A stretch of DNA of 63,999 bases, filler included. It is 4 parts of 4 records of this genome, joined end to end, with 100 filler letters (N's around TTAATTAATTAA, not from the genome) between each part and the next. Parts side by side here need not be neighbours in the genome. Positions count along the whole stretch, not along the records: positions 40,764 to 58,829 come from DRR378314_961; 3 more parts are not named here. One strand, written 5' to 3'. Position 1 is the first letter of the stretch, and every line of letters starts with the position of its first letter. Below are positions 40,764 to 53,674 of this stretch, one piece after another. The notes below the pieces were generated by a model. That model did not search any database. It saw only the letters and a list, made by a program, of their open reading frames with translations, and was not told the DNA's origin. The position numbers and the translations under genes were made by a program.

Positions 40764-41461
40764 ACGACAGCGGAGCTTGCCGCGGTTGACCCAACGCCAG
40801 CGGCATTTGCCGGTCCACTTCCCTCCTTTACAGAGTGAAGAATTGCGGACGAGCTTCCAAATGCGCTGCACGCGGGTGAGTTGCTGCTTGACTAGTTTGA
40901 CTTGCTCTTTGGCGCACGAGTGCGCACCGGATGCATTTTTGCAATTCGACCGCGCTTTCGTCAGCTCTTTCACTTGTTCTTCCTGTGCACCGATCCGATT
41001 CTGCAGCTCTTTCATGAGACGGGCGATGAGCCCCTGCAAACGCTTGTGGTGGCCTTGTCGGAGCTTTTCATCCCCGTCCTCAAGAGCATCATGGACGCGG
41101 AGCGTTTCTGCAACAAGTGCTTTCTCCTCCTCGCTCAGCGTCGATTTTTTCTGCACAAATGCGCGCACTTCTTTGAGCGTCTCCAGTTCCTTTTTCGAGC
41201 TTTCAATTTCCTCGCGCAAAGAGCGGATTCTAGTTGAAAGAACTCCAGGTCGACTGCAAAGCGTCTTCGTCTTGTCTGCTTCCTTTTCCATCTTAACCTT
41301 GCTCTGGTACTCTCGGCCAACAGACTTTCTCAGCGTGTTGACGTACGAGCAAGCTGAAGACTTTCCGGCCATTTGGCCAAGAACGCTTACGTCCCCAGCA
41401 GTGAATTCAGCACCCAAGTCATTGCTAATGAATGATTCAAGGTGAGCAGCTAGCTGACGCT
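40764..41461 (-). CDS. Exon of a eukaryotic coiled-coil protein (3'-truncated)
   Basis: Open frame preceded by a pyrimidine tract and CTGCAG acceptor; heptad-like E/K/L-rich sequence with scattered Cys. Confidence 0.55.
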
Positions 41462-41942
41462 CTGCAGCGAGACGGGCCGGCGCAGTTGGGAGAGAAAAGT
41501 GAGCAAGGCGCGAGTTTGTAGGAACGCAACGCAGGACAGCCAGAGATTTATCGCACCTCTATGAAAGAAAGCGTGTACAATGATATTTATGTTCCACTCC
41601 TCGCATCAGAATATAGAGGATTTCTTATTTTCGTGCGAACAGAATGCAGAAATAATGGTCCTTGCTCTGGCAAAGATCGCGAGATCTGGAATTAATGCGG
41701 CCAGATCAGGCTTCCACAAAATGGTTACGCATAGGGCTTACTCTACACATTCAAGCGAGCAGGCGACCTGGTCGAAGCCGCACAGGGTTCGCGCGCGTCC
41801 CGTTCGATCTCGAAGCCGAACAATCGCAATGCGCCAAACTTGGCGCGGGGAATTGTTTCGCCTGGGGGCCCCCCAAAAGAACATCCTAGCTCGATCCCAA
41901 AGCGGCGTGTAGAGGCGGTGCGAGCAAAACAGAAAACGAAAC

Positions 41943-42347
41943 GTTTGAATAGCCTTCTACTGGACCGAAATTCGGAATTCGTAGTGCTCTTGTACGTAGT
42001 TTCCCCCCGAAAGCTCTCAACGTGTCCCTCCACGAAAGGAGTTCGCGGTGAATTTGCGCTAACGTTGAGGAACGAAAGCCGTCACTCGTCCTATGTCGGG
42101 AGGCGTGCTGAAGCTCGACACTGCCACAGCTACGTCGGTCGTCGCATACGACTCGCAAAGTAATCATACGTGAACCTTCGGAACGAGGAGAAATTACTGG
42201 TGGTGCAAAAAGTTTCGCGCGATATTCATGCATTGCAGCTACATATGAGACTGGTTTACTTTCAAGAAATGGTCCCAACGCACCGTCTGCGAGCGACAGC
42301 GCCGCCAAAGAACATATTATAAAAACGCACGCATTCCTCATGCGCAT
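41943..42347 (-). CDS. Possible first exon with signal peptide (may belong to the coiled-coil gene)
   Basis: MRMRNACVFIICSLAALSLADG looks like a signal peptide, and an AT-rich promoter-like tract lies upstream (about 42420-42510). The splice path was not resolved. Confidence 0.35.
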
Positions 42348-44102
42348 GCTGCCTCCTCCGCCAATTTTTACCGTACGGAACGCGGGGGGTGGGCGCGCCC
42401 CTGCGCATATTGCGTGAGTAGCTATAATTACAATAACAATCTATCAAATTACTTGGAAATATCTTGTCGCTAACCGCGTATCTCAATAAAAATGTGCTAT
42501 TGAAAATTGAGTTCCTCAGGATAGCGAGCGTTTTGTCGCGCGGGGGCCCGGACACCACAGCAGCGACTGCGCTGCTTGTGCCGACCCGTTTGCGACCGTG
42601 CTCATTCTCTCCCTTTGTTGTAAGACATCGTGCGTTTTCGCATTCGCGTGCTATTGGTTGGATAGATGAAATTAGTGATGTTGTTTATAGGAGAAGTCGG
42701 CACGGCCTCTAACGTGCCGTTTAGATCGTTCCCTACAGTACTTCCTGGACGCAACGGAAGCCGTGTCGGTGCGGCAACGCCTGTCTGCCTTGGTCGCGAG
42801 CTGGACTTCTTCCTTTGTTTGAACTCAACTTTGCGGACACGTTCTTACGCTGGAATGGAAGTCGGAAATTGCGTGTTTTCGCCCCGACGTAATCTGTGAG
42901 GACGCATGATGTGCAAATATAAATGGTTCTGAAGGCGATCGTAGAGGCTCTGTGAAATGGCAAGACGGCACTTTACGTCCTCTACGAGCACGTGCTCTGG
43001 TTCCTGCGGTTTCCGTCCCCTGATTTTCTTTTTTCTGCAGAATCGCCAACCGCTGTTTGGCACGGCCTTTGCAAAGCTACAGCCCGTTTTCTCCGCTTCC
43101 TGGTGCGCTCCCTTGGGACAAGGGGTGCCCTATTGAACGGATTCAATTACACTACAACGTATATTTTTTCCTGCACGCGCGGTGTGCAACCTGAGGAGGA
43201 TGTTCAATTGTCCTCCGACTACTTCTTCGGCGGGGCGCATGCGTCGGCTATTTTCCTGTGGTCCAAGGAGGGAACAGCTGCTCTGTCCGATGGCTCGTGA
43301 GCTCGCGCGCGTGCGCGAGCGTGTGATTTTCCGCCACAGGATCGCTTTGCTCGACGAACTACTATGCTTAGTAAAAGAAGAAGGAATCTTCTAATGATTG
43401 CGGTGGTCCATCTAGTCTTCGTGAAGTGTTCCTCGTGGATCTCGTGGTGAAAACTTGGTGCGCGTACGCTGTCGCGCAGTGCTCGGTTCGGGAGTCGCGC
43501 CGCTCCGGCTTCTTCCGCTCGCTGGGCTTCGTGGCGCAGCGTTCTGCTGCCGCACAGTGGCCGCGCGTGCGGCCCCTTCATGCCGCGCCTTTGCGAGAAC
43601 GCACAGTGACGCCCAGTGCCGAAGATGCGCGTCCCAGCGGGAATACAGAGAAAAAGGAGATGAAGAACGAATTATCACGCATGTATTGGCACAACGAGCC
43701 GAGCGCCTCACGTTTCGCCGCATACAGGCTCACAAAGCTCCGGGGCGCGTCGGGGGCCTCGTCAAGCCGCTGGATGTGCACAGTGGCATACGTGGCGCAC
43801 GGTGCGGCCCCTTGAACCCAACGTGAACACATTGCGCGTTGCGCGAGGCTCGGACGCGCGGCGTAAGCACCGGATGGACGGGGAGAGGAGCGCTGCTTGC
43901 GTGCCCATAAAATACAGATAAAGACTTAGTCCTCGTACACCTCCACCTTGACTTCACCACTGTCGAACAAGAGCAACATATCGTACGCACGTGCGCGAAC
44001 GAAGATTAGAAAGCCATATAGGCACGGGTTCTGTCGATTCCCTGCGCACAGTACGCCTTCGCTGGGAACAACTTCCCGCTGTGTATGCTGGAGAGGTCTG
44101 GT

Positions 44103-46592
44103 CTAAGCAACGAAGCAGAGCTCATGTCGAGGCAGCGGAACGAAACACGCATGTACCCCGGAACTATCCCGTTGATGAGAATCACGCTTGCTTTCAAGAA
44201 CTGCTACAGGGGACTGCGTACGCTCGTTGCTAGTGTATTCTATCTGAACGTACGCGTTTGAGGTTGACGGGTCGGCGCGGGGCCGATTCCCCGACGCGGA
44301 CAGCGCGCGCGCCCGCGGGTTCAGCTCCCGAAACTCTTCCAGCTCGCTCGCGTCTTTTTCGGTCAACTTTTCTGCCTCTGCTTCTTCTTTATCTTTCGTA
44401 GAGGCACCTTTTGACTTTCCCAGCAACTGCGATCGTGCGCACCAGATAAGGTACGCAGGTTATACAGGAAAATCATACACCCCGGCGGCGCGAAGGCAAT
44501 GGCGGCAGCAGCGCGATGGGATCGCAAACATCCGCGCAAAGTCCGTTCGCGTTCTCGACGGAAGATAGCAGAGGATGGCCAAAAAGAACCACACCTTTCC
44601 TCACAATTTTCGAATCAGCATGAGATTCCAAACAAACAAACAAACAAACAAACAACGCATGTACCTACAATCGCTAAGCGTCCTTTTGCGTTGGCGTACG
44701 GGGTGGAAGATGCGCCTACGAGCTCGTATCGTGCGCAACCGACGGTGTGGACTGCACTTTCGCACCTTGCGACCAAACTGCAGCCCCATACGAGCACCAG
44801 CGCCAAGGAACTGAAGACCACCGCCGCGGTTTTCAGCCTCCACTTCATCGGCCTCGTCCATCTCAAAGGGAAGGAGCATTGAGGTGCAGTAGCGACACCG
44901 ACTTGCTTCCGCAGGGACTTCGGAGCGACAGAATGGGCATTCCTTTTGTGTCTGCTTCTTCTGCGCTCCAAGCGCCACCTATGTGCCGTCGGCAGCGGAA
45001 CGGCCAGCGCCAGCAGAGCATCGCAGAAGATGTGCCGTCGCAACCGCGGGAGAGAGAAAAAAAATAAGAAATCGCCTTCAATTCATCAAAAAAAAACGTA
45101 TCCCACGCGACAGAAGCACGGCGCAGAATCTCGCCTTGTTCCTACGTGTGTAGTGGAGGCCACCCGTACCTGTAGTCGCTGCATTGGCGTTAGAATCCCG
45201 TAGTACACAGAGAGCGCCAGGAGGAGGAATGATATTACCGAATTGATAAACGTTCCATATTTGAAATTTGATCCATTTACTTTAAAGGTCAGAGACGAAA
45301 AGTCCTGCTGGCCTCCAAGCGCTGCTATACTGGGCGTGAGCATGTTCTGCGCAAGGGAGTGCAGCAGAAACACGAAGCAGAAGTGCACGCACGGTCAGCA
45401 AGAGCTTTGTGGTCTTTTGGCAGGGAGCGGTTTCCCTCGAGGAGAACTGCCTCAATCGCAGCGGTGCTACGCACTAAAGCACAGACAAATCTGCTTGAAT
45501 ATAGATAACGATTGCTATATCACGCGTCGATGCTCGTGCGATTCTGTCGCACTTTCCGCAAGCCCCGGCTGGGCACACTCTGCAGTTGCGCAGCACGACA
45601 CGTGCGGCAACGCGCCGCAAACGAAACGAACGAGCGCGTGTGCTTCTGCCGCGTTGCTACTCGCAAACAAGGTGCAGGCATCGCAATCTCCGCACGTGAA
45701 TTCGGATGGAATACCGCGGTTTCGGTTCGTACGAGACAAAGCGAACGCGACGCGCCCTGTGACCTGGAGTGGCCGTGCTGCGACCGCCGCAGGCGTGGCG
45801 TTTGCCCCAGCACATATGGACGGTGGGCTCGCTGGGAGTGTACGGGATGTGCGCTGCACAGTCCACACACCCGAAACGCCCGCCCGCTGCGGTGCGCTGC
45901 TATGCAGCAGCGCGTGGCCAGTCGCTGCAAGCTCCCTCTCTCATACAGCGCTAGCTTGCTCGCTCAGCGCTTCCTTGCATGCACAACTGCCTGTCGCATA
46001 CATACACCTGCGCGCGCACGCAAGTGGCAGATGCGTCCGAGGCGGAAACAGTATGTTCTTTCCGGGGAGCACGCATCGGCGGGCACGCGAGGAGTTGTCC
46101 GTGTTGCCGTACTTGGAACAAGGGGACGGCTCTTCAGCGAAACGCACGCTGCGGTGAGCGCGCATGCTCCCCGCTCGTCGAGCACTGCTGCAACGCTGCT
46201 GCTTCACAAGCAACAAGCCTACAAAAGGTTGGGGGCAACTGATATGCTGCTTACAAAGGTGTGCGCTAGCGGGTGTACTGGTGAAACTGTAGGCTCTACG
46301 AGAGCGCGTCGTTCGCGGTTCGGCTCCAAACTGCGCCGCGGCTCGGCGCAGACAGCAGGCGCAAGCGTGGCGAGAGAAAACGCACACTCGCCGCCTGATG
46401 CGCTGGCAGCCAACTGCTGCGACGTCTAGTCTTTTCTCTGTGCCGTGCGCGCGATGGTCTCTGGAGCAGCAGTGTACGTACCGCTACAAAAGAAGAAACG
46501 AGTTCTTCAAAGGCTATACCCATGATGTAACCGACCGTGTTGTCGAGAATGTTGCCCTCCAGCAGGAACTCGCGAAAGCCCTGCAACACCAT
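44103..46592 (-). CDS. mscL: Spliced large-conductance mechanosensitive channel homologue (MscL family), about 274 aa
   Basis: Exons 46592-46482, 45346-45170, 44978-44766 and probably 44426-44103, all with GT-AG phase-0 introns. Product: MVLQGFREFLLEGNILDNTVGYIMGIAFEELVSSFVA|NMLTP...DFSSLTF...YGTFINSVISFLLLA..VYY|...KECPFCRSEVPAEASRCRYCTS. Exon 4 is less certain. Confidence 0.85.
44629..44653. repeat. (AAAC)n microsatellite in the inferred third mscL intron
   Basis: CAAACAAACAAACAAACAAACAAAC tract. Confidence 0.8.
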
Positions 46593-47106
46593 TTTGCGCC
46601 GCCTCTTCGCTGCGACCTAGTGGCTGTGCACACAAGTACGCGCTGGTTGTCGGTAGCCGACGAACACCTGACCGCACAGCCTGTCTCGATGCGTAGACAA
46701 GTATCTTCAACGCCTATCGTAGCCGTGTATATTGAAATCCTCACCGACAGGTACGAGGGCGGGGGGGCGCCTTTTCTTTCGAGCCAGAGAGAAAAAGGCG
46801 TGCGGTCCTGGTGCTCGTCGCTGCAAGCGTGGCGATTCCTTCGAAACAGGGAAGCGCGTTGCCGAGCAAGACAACACCGAAGTCGGACAAGGGGTTGCAG
46901 TGATCAAATCCTGATCTATGAAATGGAAATTTTACCCCTAGGATATTCAAGTGACCGAGTAAAGTACATATTTTCGTACTTATGTTATATTTCAATTTTT
47001 GTACTTGAATAAAATTGGTTGGCGTGCGCGTGCGTTCCTCATGCTGCGGTATCGATAGGTTTTCTCTCCAGATTCCCATCAGCATTCGCAAGCGTCATAC
47101 GTCACA

Positions 47107-48993
47107 ATGGCAGATGTACGTGATTGCGGCGCGCGCTTTTCTTCGCTTTGCACCTGCCGGCGCCAATTCCCCACTGCACAGCACTTGGCGCTGTTCTTCA
47201 AAACTTCGTGCGCCCGTCCCCGTACTCCTCTCTGTTGCTAACCTGGCATTTTGTGCAAATCACCACAGAGAGATCCTAGTATTCATTTTCGGTCTTTCGG
47301 GTAGCGAGGGCGAGGCGAGTTCGGCGCGTCGTTGTGTTTGTCGCACTGCGCGGTGTGGCGCGACTGCGTCCGCGGAGCCTCGCTGGAAAGAAGAAAAAAG
47401 GCGCGCAAAAGAGTGCGCTCGGCGCAGCGCCGTGCTTGTAAGCTCTGGCTCGGTGCCGAAAGAGAGGCCGCAGTTGGTTGGTAGCGCGCAGTGCCAGGGG
47501 TTCCTCGCAAAGCGATATTGCATTCGTGCATAAATTTATTTCGCTTCAACATATAAAGCGCGCTATTTGGTCGGCCGTTTGCGGAGCATAGCGAACTTGG
47601 TATGGCAGCAGTGGGCAAACTCTCCGCGTCGGCCTACTCCGAGACAGTGTGTAGCGCTCTGTGCGGTCCTCGCGCGCGTGCGCGCGCTGCGTTTCGCATG
47701 CCGCCGCAGCACTTCGTGCCAGCCGCGGGATCGTCGCGCACAACTTGCGTGGCGCCTTGGCACTGCGTTCATGTTTGTTTTTTCTATTCATTTTCTTAAT
47801 TTCTTTTGGTTACGTTGCGGGAACGTTTTTATTCCTCTTTGCAGAAAAAAGGATCGAAGAAAGCGGTTTCTCGTTCGGTTCGCGCCGGACTTCAGGTGCG
47901 TGGGTCTTTTCGTTTGGTGGTGCACGGAGTTTCAGTTGGGGTGGGTATAGCGGCGCCATTTGTCTGCGTGACCGGCATGTAGTGCGGAGTGCCGTGGGGG
48001 GCCGATTGGTAGCGCCCCGCCACCCACGCGGCCGAGGTTCTCGAGTTTCTCATATCGACAGTCATTTTGACTGAGGCGCGAGATTGCGAATCCTTTTTTC
48101 CCGCGTTTTTTTTCCTCCCTCGCTTCACCTGTCTAGTAGTGCTCGCGCGCCTTTTGCAATGTTGCGTCGCACTGCATATCGGCACGGGAGAAATCTCCTT
48201 TCGCGCACAATTGGGATTTACGTTTGATTATTTTTGCAAATAAGTGAGCGAATCGCATGTGTATTTTTACGTTTGGGAAGAATGGCGGTCGTTTGCGAAA
48301 ACTTTGTATGCGGCGAGGTGGAAAACTGTATCGCCAGTCGCCTGCTGCAGCCACGGCGTACAGCAGCAGCGAAATCGCGCGCGAATCGCCGTGTGTTATG
48401 TTCCGTGCCAGGGTGCTATCGGGGGGGAGCAAGAGTATTGTACTTCGAAGACTCGATTTCTTTTTCCCTTGCCTGTGCAGCTGAGTATCAGTTGTCATTA
48501 TAGGGTTACTTATTTTCCCCCTTGACCATCGCCCCGCCAGCGCAGCCTCGCGTGTCTCGTGGACGCCCTTGGCTGGCTGCGATCTGGAACTGTGTGCACG
48601 CAGGAGTCTCCCTGCTATTCCCAGTCTTCGCAGAGCGAGTATAACGCCGTTTGCGCTCCATTGCTTCTGTGTCTATATTCGAATCTTGCTTCCGAATAGT
48701 TCCCGGTCGGCCGTGTGCACCGCTTCCTGAAGGACCGTGCGTCGCGCCAGGGCCGTGTGGCGGCTACTGCTGCCGTGTACACCGCCGCCATCCTCGAGTA
48801 CCTCACCGCCGAAGTGCTGGAGCTTGCTGGCAACGCGTCTAAGGATCTCAAGGTGAAGCGTATCACCCCGCGCCATCTCCAGCTTGCCATCCGTGGTGAT
48901 GAAGAATTGGATACCCTCATCAAGGCTACGATCGCCGGCGGTGGTGTCATTCCTCACATCCACAAGAGCCTGATCACCAAGGGAAAGAAGTAA
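47107..48993 (+). CDS. H2A.Z: Histone H2A.Z (three exons, about 117 aa)
   Basis: Exons 47107-47115 (MAD, inferred), 47845-47895 ([17 protein letters not shown]) and 48700-48993 (FPVGRVHR...[44 protein letters not shown]). The last carries the H2A.Z-diagnostic sequence. Confidence 0.93.
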
Positions 48994-49587
48994 GCCTCTT
49001 TCGTTGCTTCACGGCGCATGGAGCGGCGTGTGCTGACTTGCACTGTCCGTTCCAGCGTCTGACTGTGTGCGGCGCACGGGAACGCGAGAGCGCGCGCTTG
49101 CAAAATTTGCTGCAAAGTGCGGCGACGATCTGCTAGAGGTCCCGCGGTGCCGTCCGCGCCTCCTTCCCTGCTGCTTGCTCAAGGGACTAGATATCATGGA
49201 TGCGGCTGTACCCGAACGTGGTTTGCGATAACGGCAACACACCGCAGGTCAGCCTTCCTCGGTTTGTTTTGCCGCAATCACTAACGTGTGGTTTTCTTCT
49301 TTTGGCCGCTGTGATAGTGTAGTGTACAAATGGGGCTTGTTTCCCTCCCAAAAAATATAGTGCTGTGCTTCAGTGCCCTTGCACGTTTCCCGCGAGCACA
49401 TGTATACGTTCCGTCATGCACGGCACTGATCTGCCTGCATAGGCGAAGCTCATACAAAAAAAAAAAAAAGAAGAAGAATTCACCCCACTCCCATATCACT
49501 GTTTCGACGGGGCGGTGCAGCGCGTGTACGGCCGCACGCTCTCAATGGCAACGAGGGCCAGGTGCGCCCGCCCCGGCGCCGGAGCGG

Positions 49588-52500
49588 CTACCGCGACGCG
49601 GGACTGGCCGAGCGCGCGCCGAGCTCGATGTCGCCGGCGTGCCGCCGCGCGCGCGACCCGCGCACAGGCTGCGCGCTCAGCGCGAGCGCCTTGCTCTCCT
49701 GCAGGACGGGGCCGACTGCCATTTGCTGTGCACCGTGCCACCGAGGTGGTATTCCGCGAACATGAAACAACAAAACAAACAAACAAACGCATAAGAAATC
49801 GCACCGCCAGCAGCGAAAACGCGGGAATGAGGCGCGGTACGGCAGAGCAAGCGCGACGAGATCACCCGCAGGAACAACGGCAGCGCTCGCGTGTTCGCCC
49901 GGATACCAGAACAGCGTTACACGCGCAGCAGAGCTACACGCAAAGGAGAAATGATCATTCCCAACACACTATTAGACCCTTGAACAATACAGCTCATGAA
50001 TAATTATTTTACTTGTGCACAAGGCACGGACCGAGCTATCTACTTCGGGTGCAGAAAACGGCGAGAGCAGGTCGCTTCCGCGGCGCCGCTGCGTACCAGG
50101 AGGACGACCGTTGCTTGCATCGCTGATACGACAGCAAGGCAGAATCGCAGGGACGCCCGCAAGTCCTCATCGCCCAGCGCAGTGAAGAGAATTCCCATTC
50201 TTACACACACAGATACAGCGACCATGAGCGAGAACGCCGCGAAAACACGTCGCAATGTGCGCCGCAGAGCGACATTGTGCGCGCGCTCCAGCAGGACTCG
50301 GACGGTGCGACCTGGACAACCACCCGCAACGTGCCATTCGCACACAAGACGTAAACAACGAGCATTGCGGTAGCAGGCGTAGCGAGTACACACTACACGA
50401 GATCAACATAATACATAACGTTTCGTTTGCGCGTTGGCAAGAGGGATAGCGAGTGAAAGTCCACGGCGCGTGACCGCGGTCAGAGACAGCGCGCCGCACT
50501 CTGTGCAGAAACGCGGAGCGTACCGAGAAAGAAAGCGCACGTGAGCGCATATAACGCAGTACCGAGGTGCGCGAGAACAGGTGTGACACAGACTCGGGCA
50601 CTTTCATCATAAAAGAAGGACGGAAGCTCATGAAATACATCCGTCTACATGGGAGAACCATTTCAAACGCACAAGAAAGCGACGGAACTCACGGTTAAGC
50701 ACACGTGATCCGCGTCGATGGAGCACGACGTGTTCGCCAGAGCGAAGAGCGGCGAATAGCCGCGTCCAATCATTACAACTACGATGCACGTTGAGCAGCG
50801 ATAGTGCTCGTTGCGAGAAAAAAGCGATACCCAAATATATGAAGAAACCAAGAAAAATCGAGAAACACCTGCTGGATAGGTCTTCTTGCATCTTCTATAC
50901 ATCAGTGCGCAGGGCAAATGCGGATCGGAATGTACACAGCGCATGACTCGGTGGAACTCCCCCACAAATCGACAGCAAATGGCATTATAAGGGCGCCAAG
51001 AAGTTTTTAGGAAGCAAAACGGCAACGCAGTGCAAAAATTTCCCGCGTATCGATACCAAAAGGTGCTCAAAAGGTGTTTTGAGCTCGCTACCTTCTTCTT
51101 GTGACAGTGGAAACACCATATCACAAACCAAGCGAAACCACGCGAAAGCAAGCAAGAAAAAAATATAAAAACAAACAGCAAAACCAACAGCAATCAAATT
51201 AACGACGCGCTGCGCTTTCCAGTCCGAATCTGAACACCCTGAATCACGAGGAGAAACAGAGGTTGGTCCAACAGTGTCCTCTTCACATACGTACATCGTG
51301 CCCAACATCCGCCAAGCCGCTGGAGCTCAGGAGAGCAATATGTAACAATAGAACAGGTATTGCGGCCACTAGCGTTGGTCGAATCACATCCCAGCCGGTG
51401 GAAGGCTTTTCCGACAAGATCGCCTCGATCGAGATCGAGCGCTTCCTCTCTCCCGGCTCGCTTGCTCTTCGCCCCAGAGCGCTGCATTCCCCGAGACGTT
51501 CGTGCCCGCGCACCACGATATGCACTCCGTAAGAAAGAAGAACGTGGAGTTTGACAACGGGAGCATCTCGTGCATTGACACATGCAAAGTGCAAAGTACT
51601 CCCAGTCTGATCGTCTTCCGCCGGTATATGGGCGCTCTGCGCACATCACGACCACACCACAAGCAACGTTCCGACCACAATGCCAACGCACAGTGCGCGA
51701 TAGGAATTCTCAAACATACACGCACGTAGATACATAGAGAGAAAACCAAGACTATGGCGCGTGAAAGACGATGTAGGCGTCGCTATGCGAGAAGATTCGA
51801 GCGCAAACTACAGACAGGTACGGTGTGGTACAAAAGAGGGCACAGCACGAAGATCCGTTGCGTTTCGCTGCAATCCAAGTGCACAGGAAACGGCGAGGTG
51901 GTAAGGAACGTACTGGGCTTCTGTGCGTAAATAAAAGAACGCCAGTACGTATACCAGCGCTTCACCTGCGCCATCTCGCAGGAGACTGCACGCACGGCGC
52001 GGAATCGACCGAGTGAGAGGGAGCGAACAAAGAAGCGCAGAACAAAGGACCGGCGAAGCGACGAATACAAATGGTCTGCAAGTAGCCGCAAGGCTGCCGA
52101 ACACCGCTTCCCTCTCCGGCCCATAGCGCAAGCATGGAAAAATGGCGTATCGTAACTACAATGCAAACGACAAAATAGACCGCATTCAGTGTGAGGCGCT
52201 GAGCAACAGCGAGAGCCGCGCCGGCCGAAACGATCTTGCACAGGAGCGGCATTCACAGCTCGTAGCAGCACCGCACCTATGTATATGACAGAGGCGTTCG
52301 CGCGATGATCGCGAAGCGCCCACTCCGGTTGGGCCCCATACGGTATCAGATTCAAAGAGGTACCCGATCTGAGTGGAATTACAGCGGCAGAAAAAAACAA
52401 CAACACCCCAATAAGCGAGAAAGTGCAGCGAGCAGCAGAAGCCGTCTCCTGCAGTAGACGGATGCTGCCGCAGGTCCACACAAGACGGATGCGCCTACCG

Positions 52501-53142
52501 CACGCCGCCGGCACGCGCGACGCACGAACAAACAAACGCCATGGCGTACACGAGAAGCAACATACTTCCATTGGCTACACAGCGTACTGTACCAGATATT
52601 ACGGCGGCAAATGTGTATCGTGAGACCACGAGAGCAGGTTGGTTGTCGCAGTGCGGGCTCTGCGTCGTATACGACTCGGAGGAACAGGTCCACACCCGGC
52701 ACACTTCGAGCACGAGTATGGCGCACACGCAACGCATCTTCCCAACAATTGAAACTGTCACGAATTCACACTATTGAGCAAATGATCGAGGAACGTGAAG
52801 AGCACAGGGAGCGCTAGAACAACTCTCGGGAACACTCACACGCTGCCAGCGGTAGCAAGCAGCGGCAGCGAGGGGGAAGCAGCCACAGAGCGAAGCACTG
52901 CAACGTAGCGCAAGGCCAGCGCGCACTGTGCACGCGATTTTTCCTATTAGAGGTACGTAATTACAAAATCTTACCATCCACGTGGAAACGGCGAGGCACA
53001 TAGCAACACGCGCGGCCCAGAGCTTGTTTAGCGGGAGCTGTCGGTGCCGAGCCACGATCAGCACCGCCGTCGCCGCACCAACGCTCCACACGAGTGCTAT
53101 CAGAGCGACGATCCAGTCCAGTACCTCGGCCACCCCGTCCAT
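49588..53142 (-). CDS. Multi-exon, multi-pass membrane protein of unknown function
   Basis: First exon 53142-52975 (TM helix, GTAAG donor); penultimate 50311-50097 and last 49725-49588 splice in frame. Hydrophobic candidate exons lie between them but were not fully resolved. Confidence 0.55.
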
Positions 53143-53674
53143 CGCACTAGTCTATTTCTCTGTCTATATATATATATTTGATCGAGCAAGTAGAATATTT
53201 AGTGCATAGTACAGGAAGGCAGGGCGAGAACGGGCCGGCGAGGATGTGAGCGGCAAAGCGGGCGCGCGCGGCGGTGGAGCGGCTCTCGCGTGCGTGTGCG
53301 TTGCGCCGCGGCGCCTGCGAGTCCAGCGGCGGACGCGCCGGAGGGAGGGGGGGGAGAAACCGGGCGGGCTGGCCCCATGGAAGGGTTAAGCATATAGGGT
53401 ATATCATCCTTTCTCCCTCGCTCGCGCTGCACGCTCCGGAGGGGACGTGCTGCTCGTGTGCTGCAACGAGAGCGTACGCGCCGGTATTGCCTCGCCTTCC
53501 GTGTACGTACGGGCGTGGATCGTGCGCTCCCCGGTTGGCGCAGTGAGTCTGACTGGGTGGTATGAGACACGTCCCACCTCTACCACAACGCGCCGGCTGC
53601 TAGCCCCCAGCGCGCTCCGCGAGGCTGCTGCAGCATTCCGCGTCCCAGACCGCCGCTGTTGTATTGCATCCGCT

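Noticed and set aside
45243-46429. 304- and 305-aa plus-strand ORFs
   Set aside because: They lie antisense to, and mostly within, mscL intron 1 and are Arg/Ala/Cys-rich without recognisable motifs, as expected by chance in GC-rich DNA.
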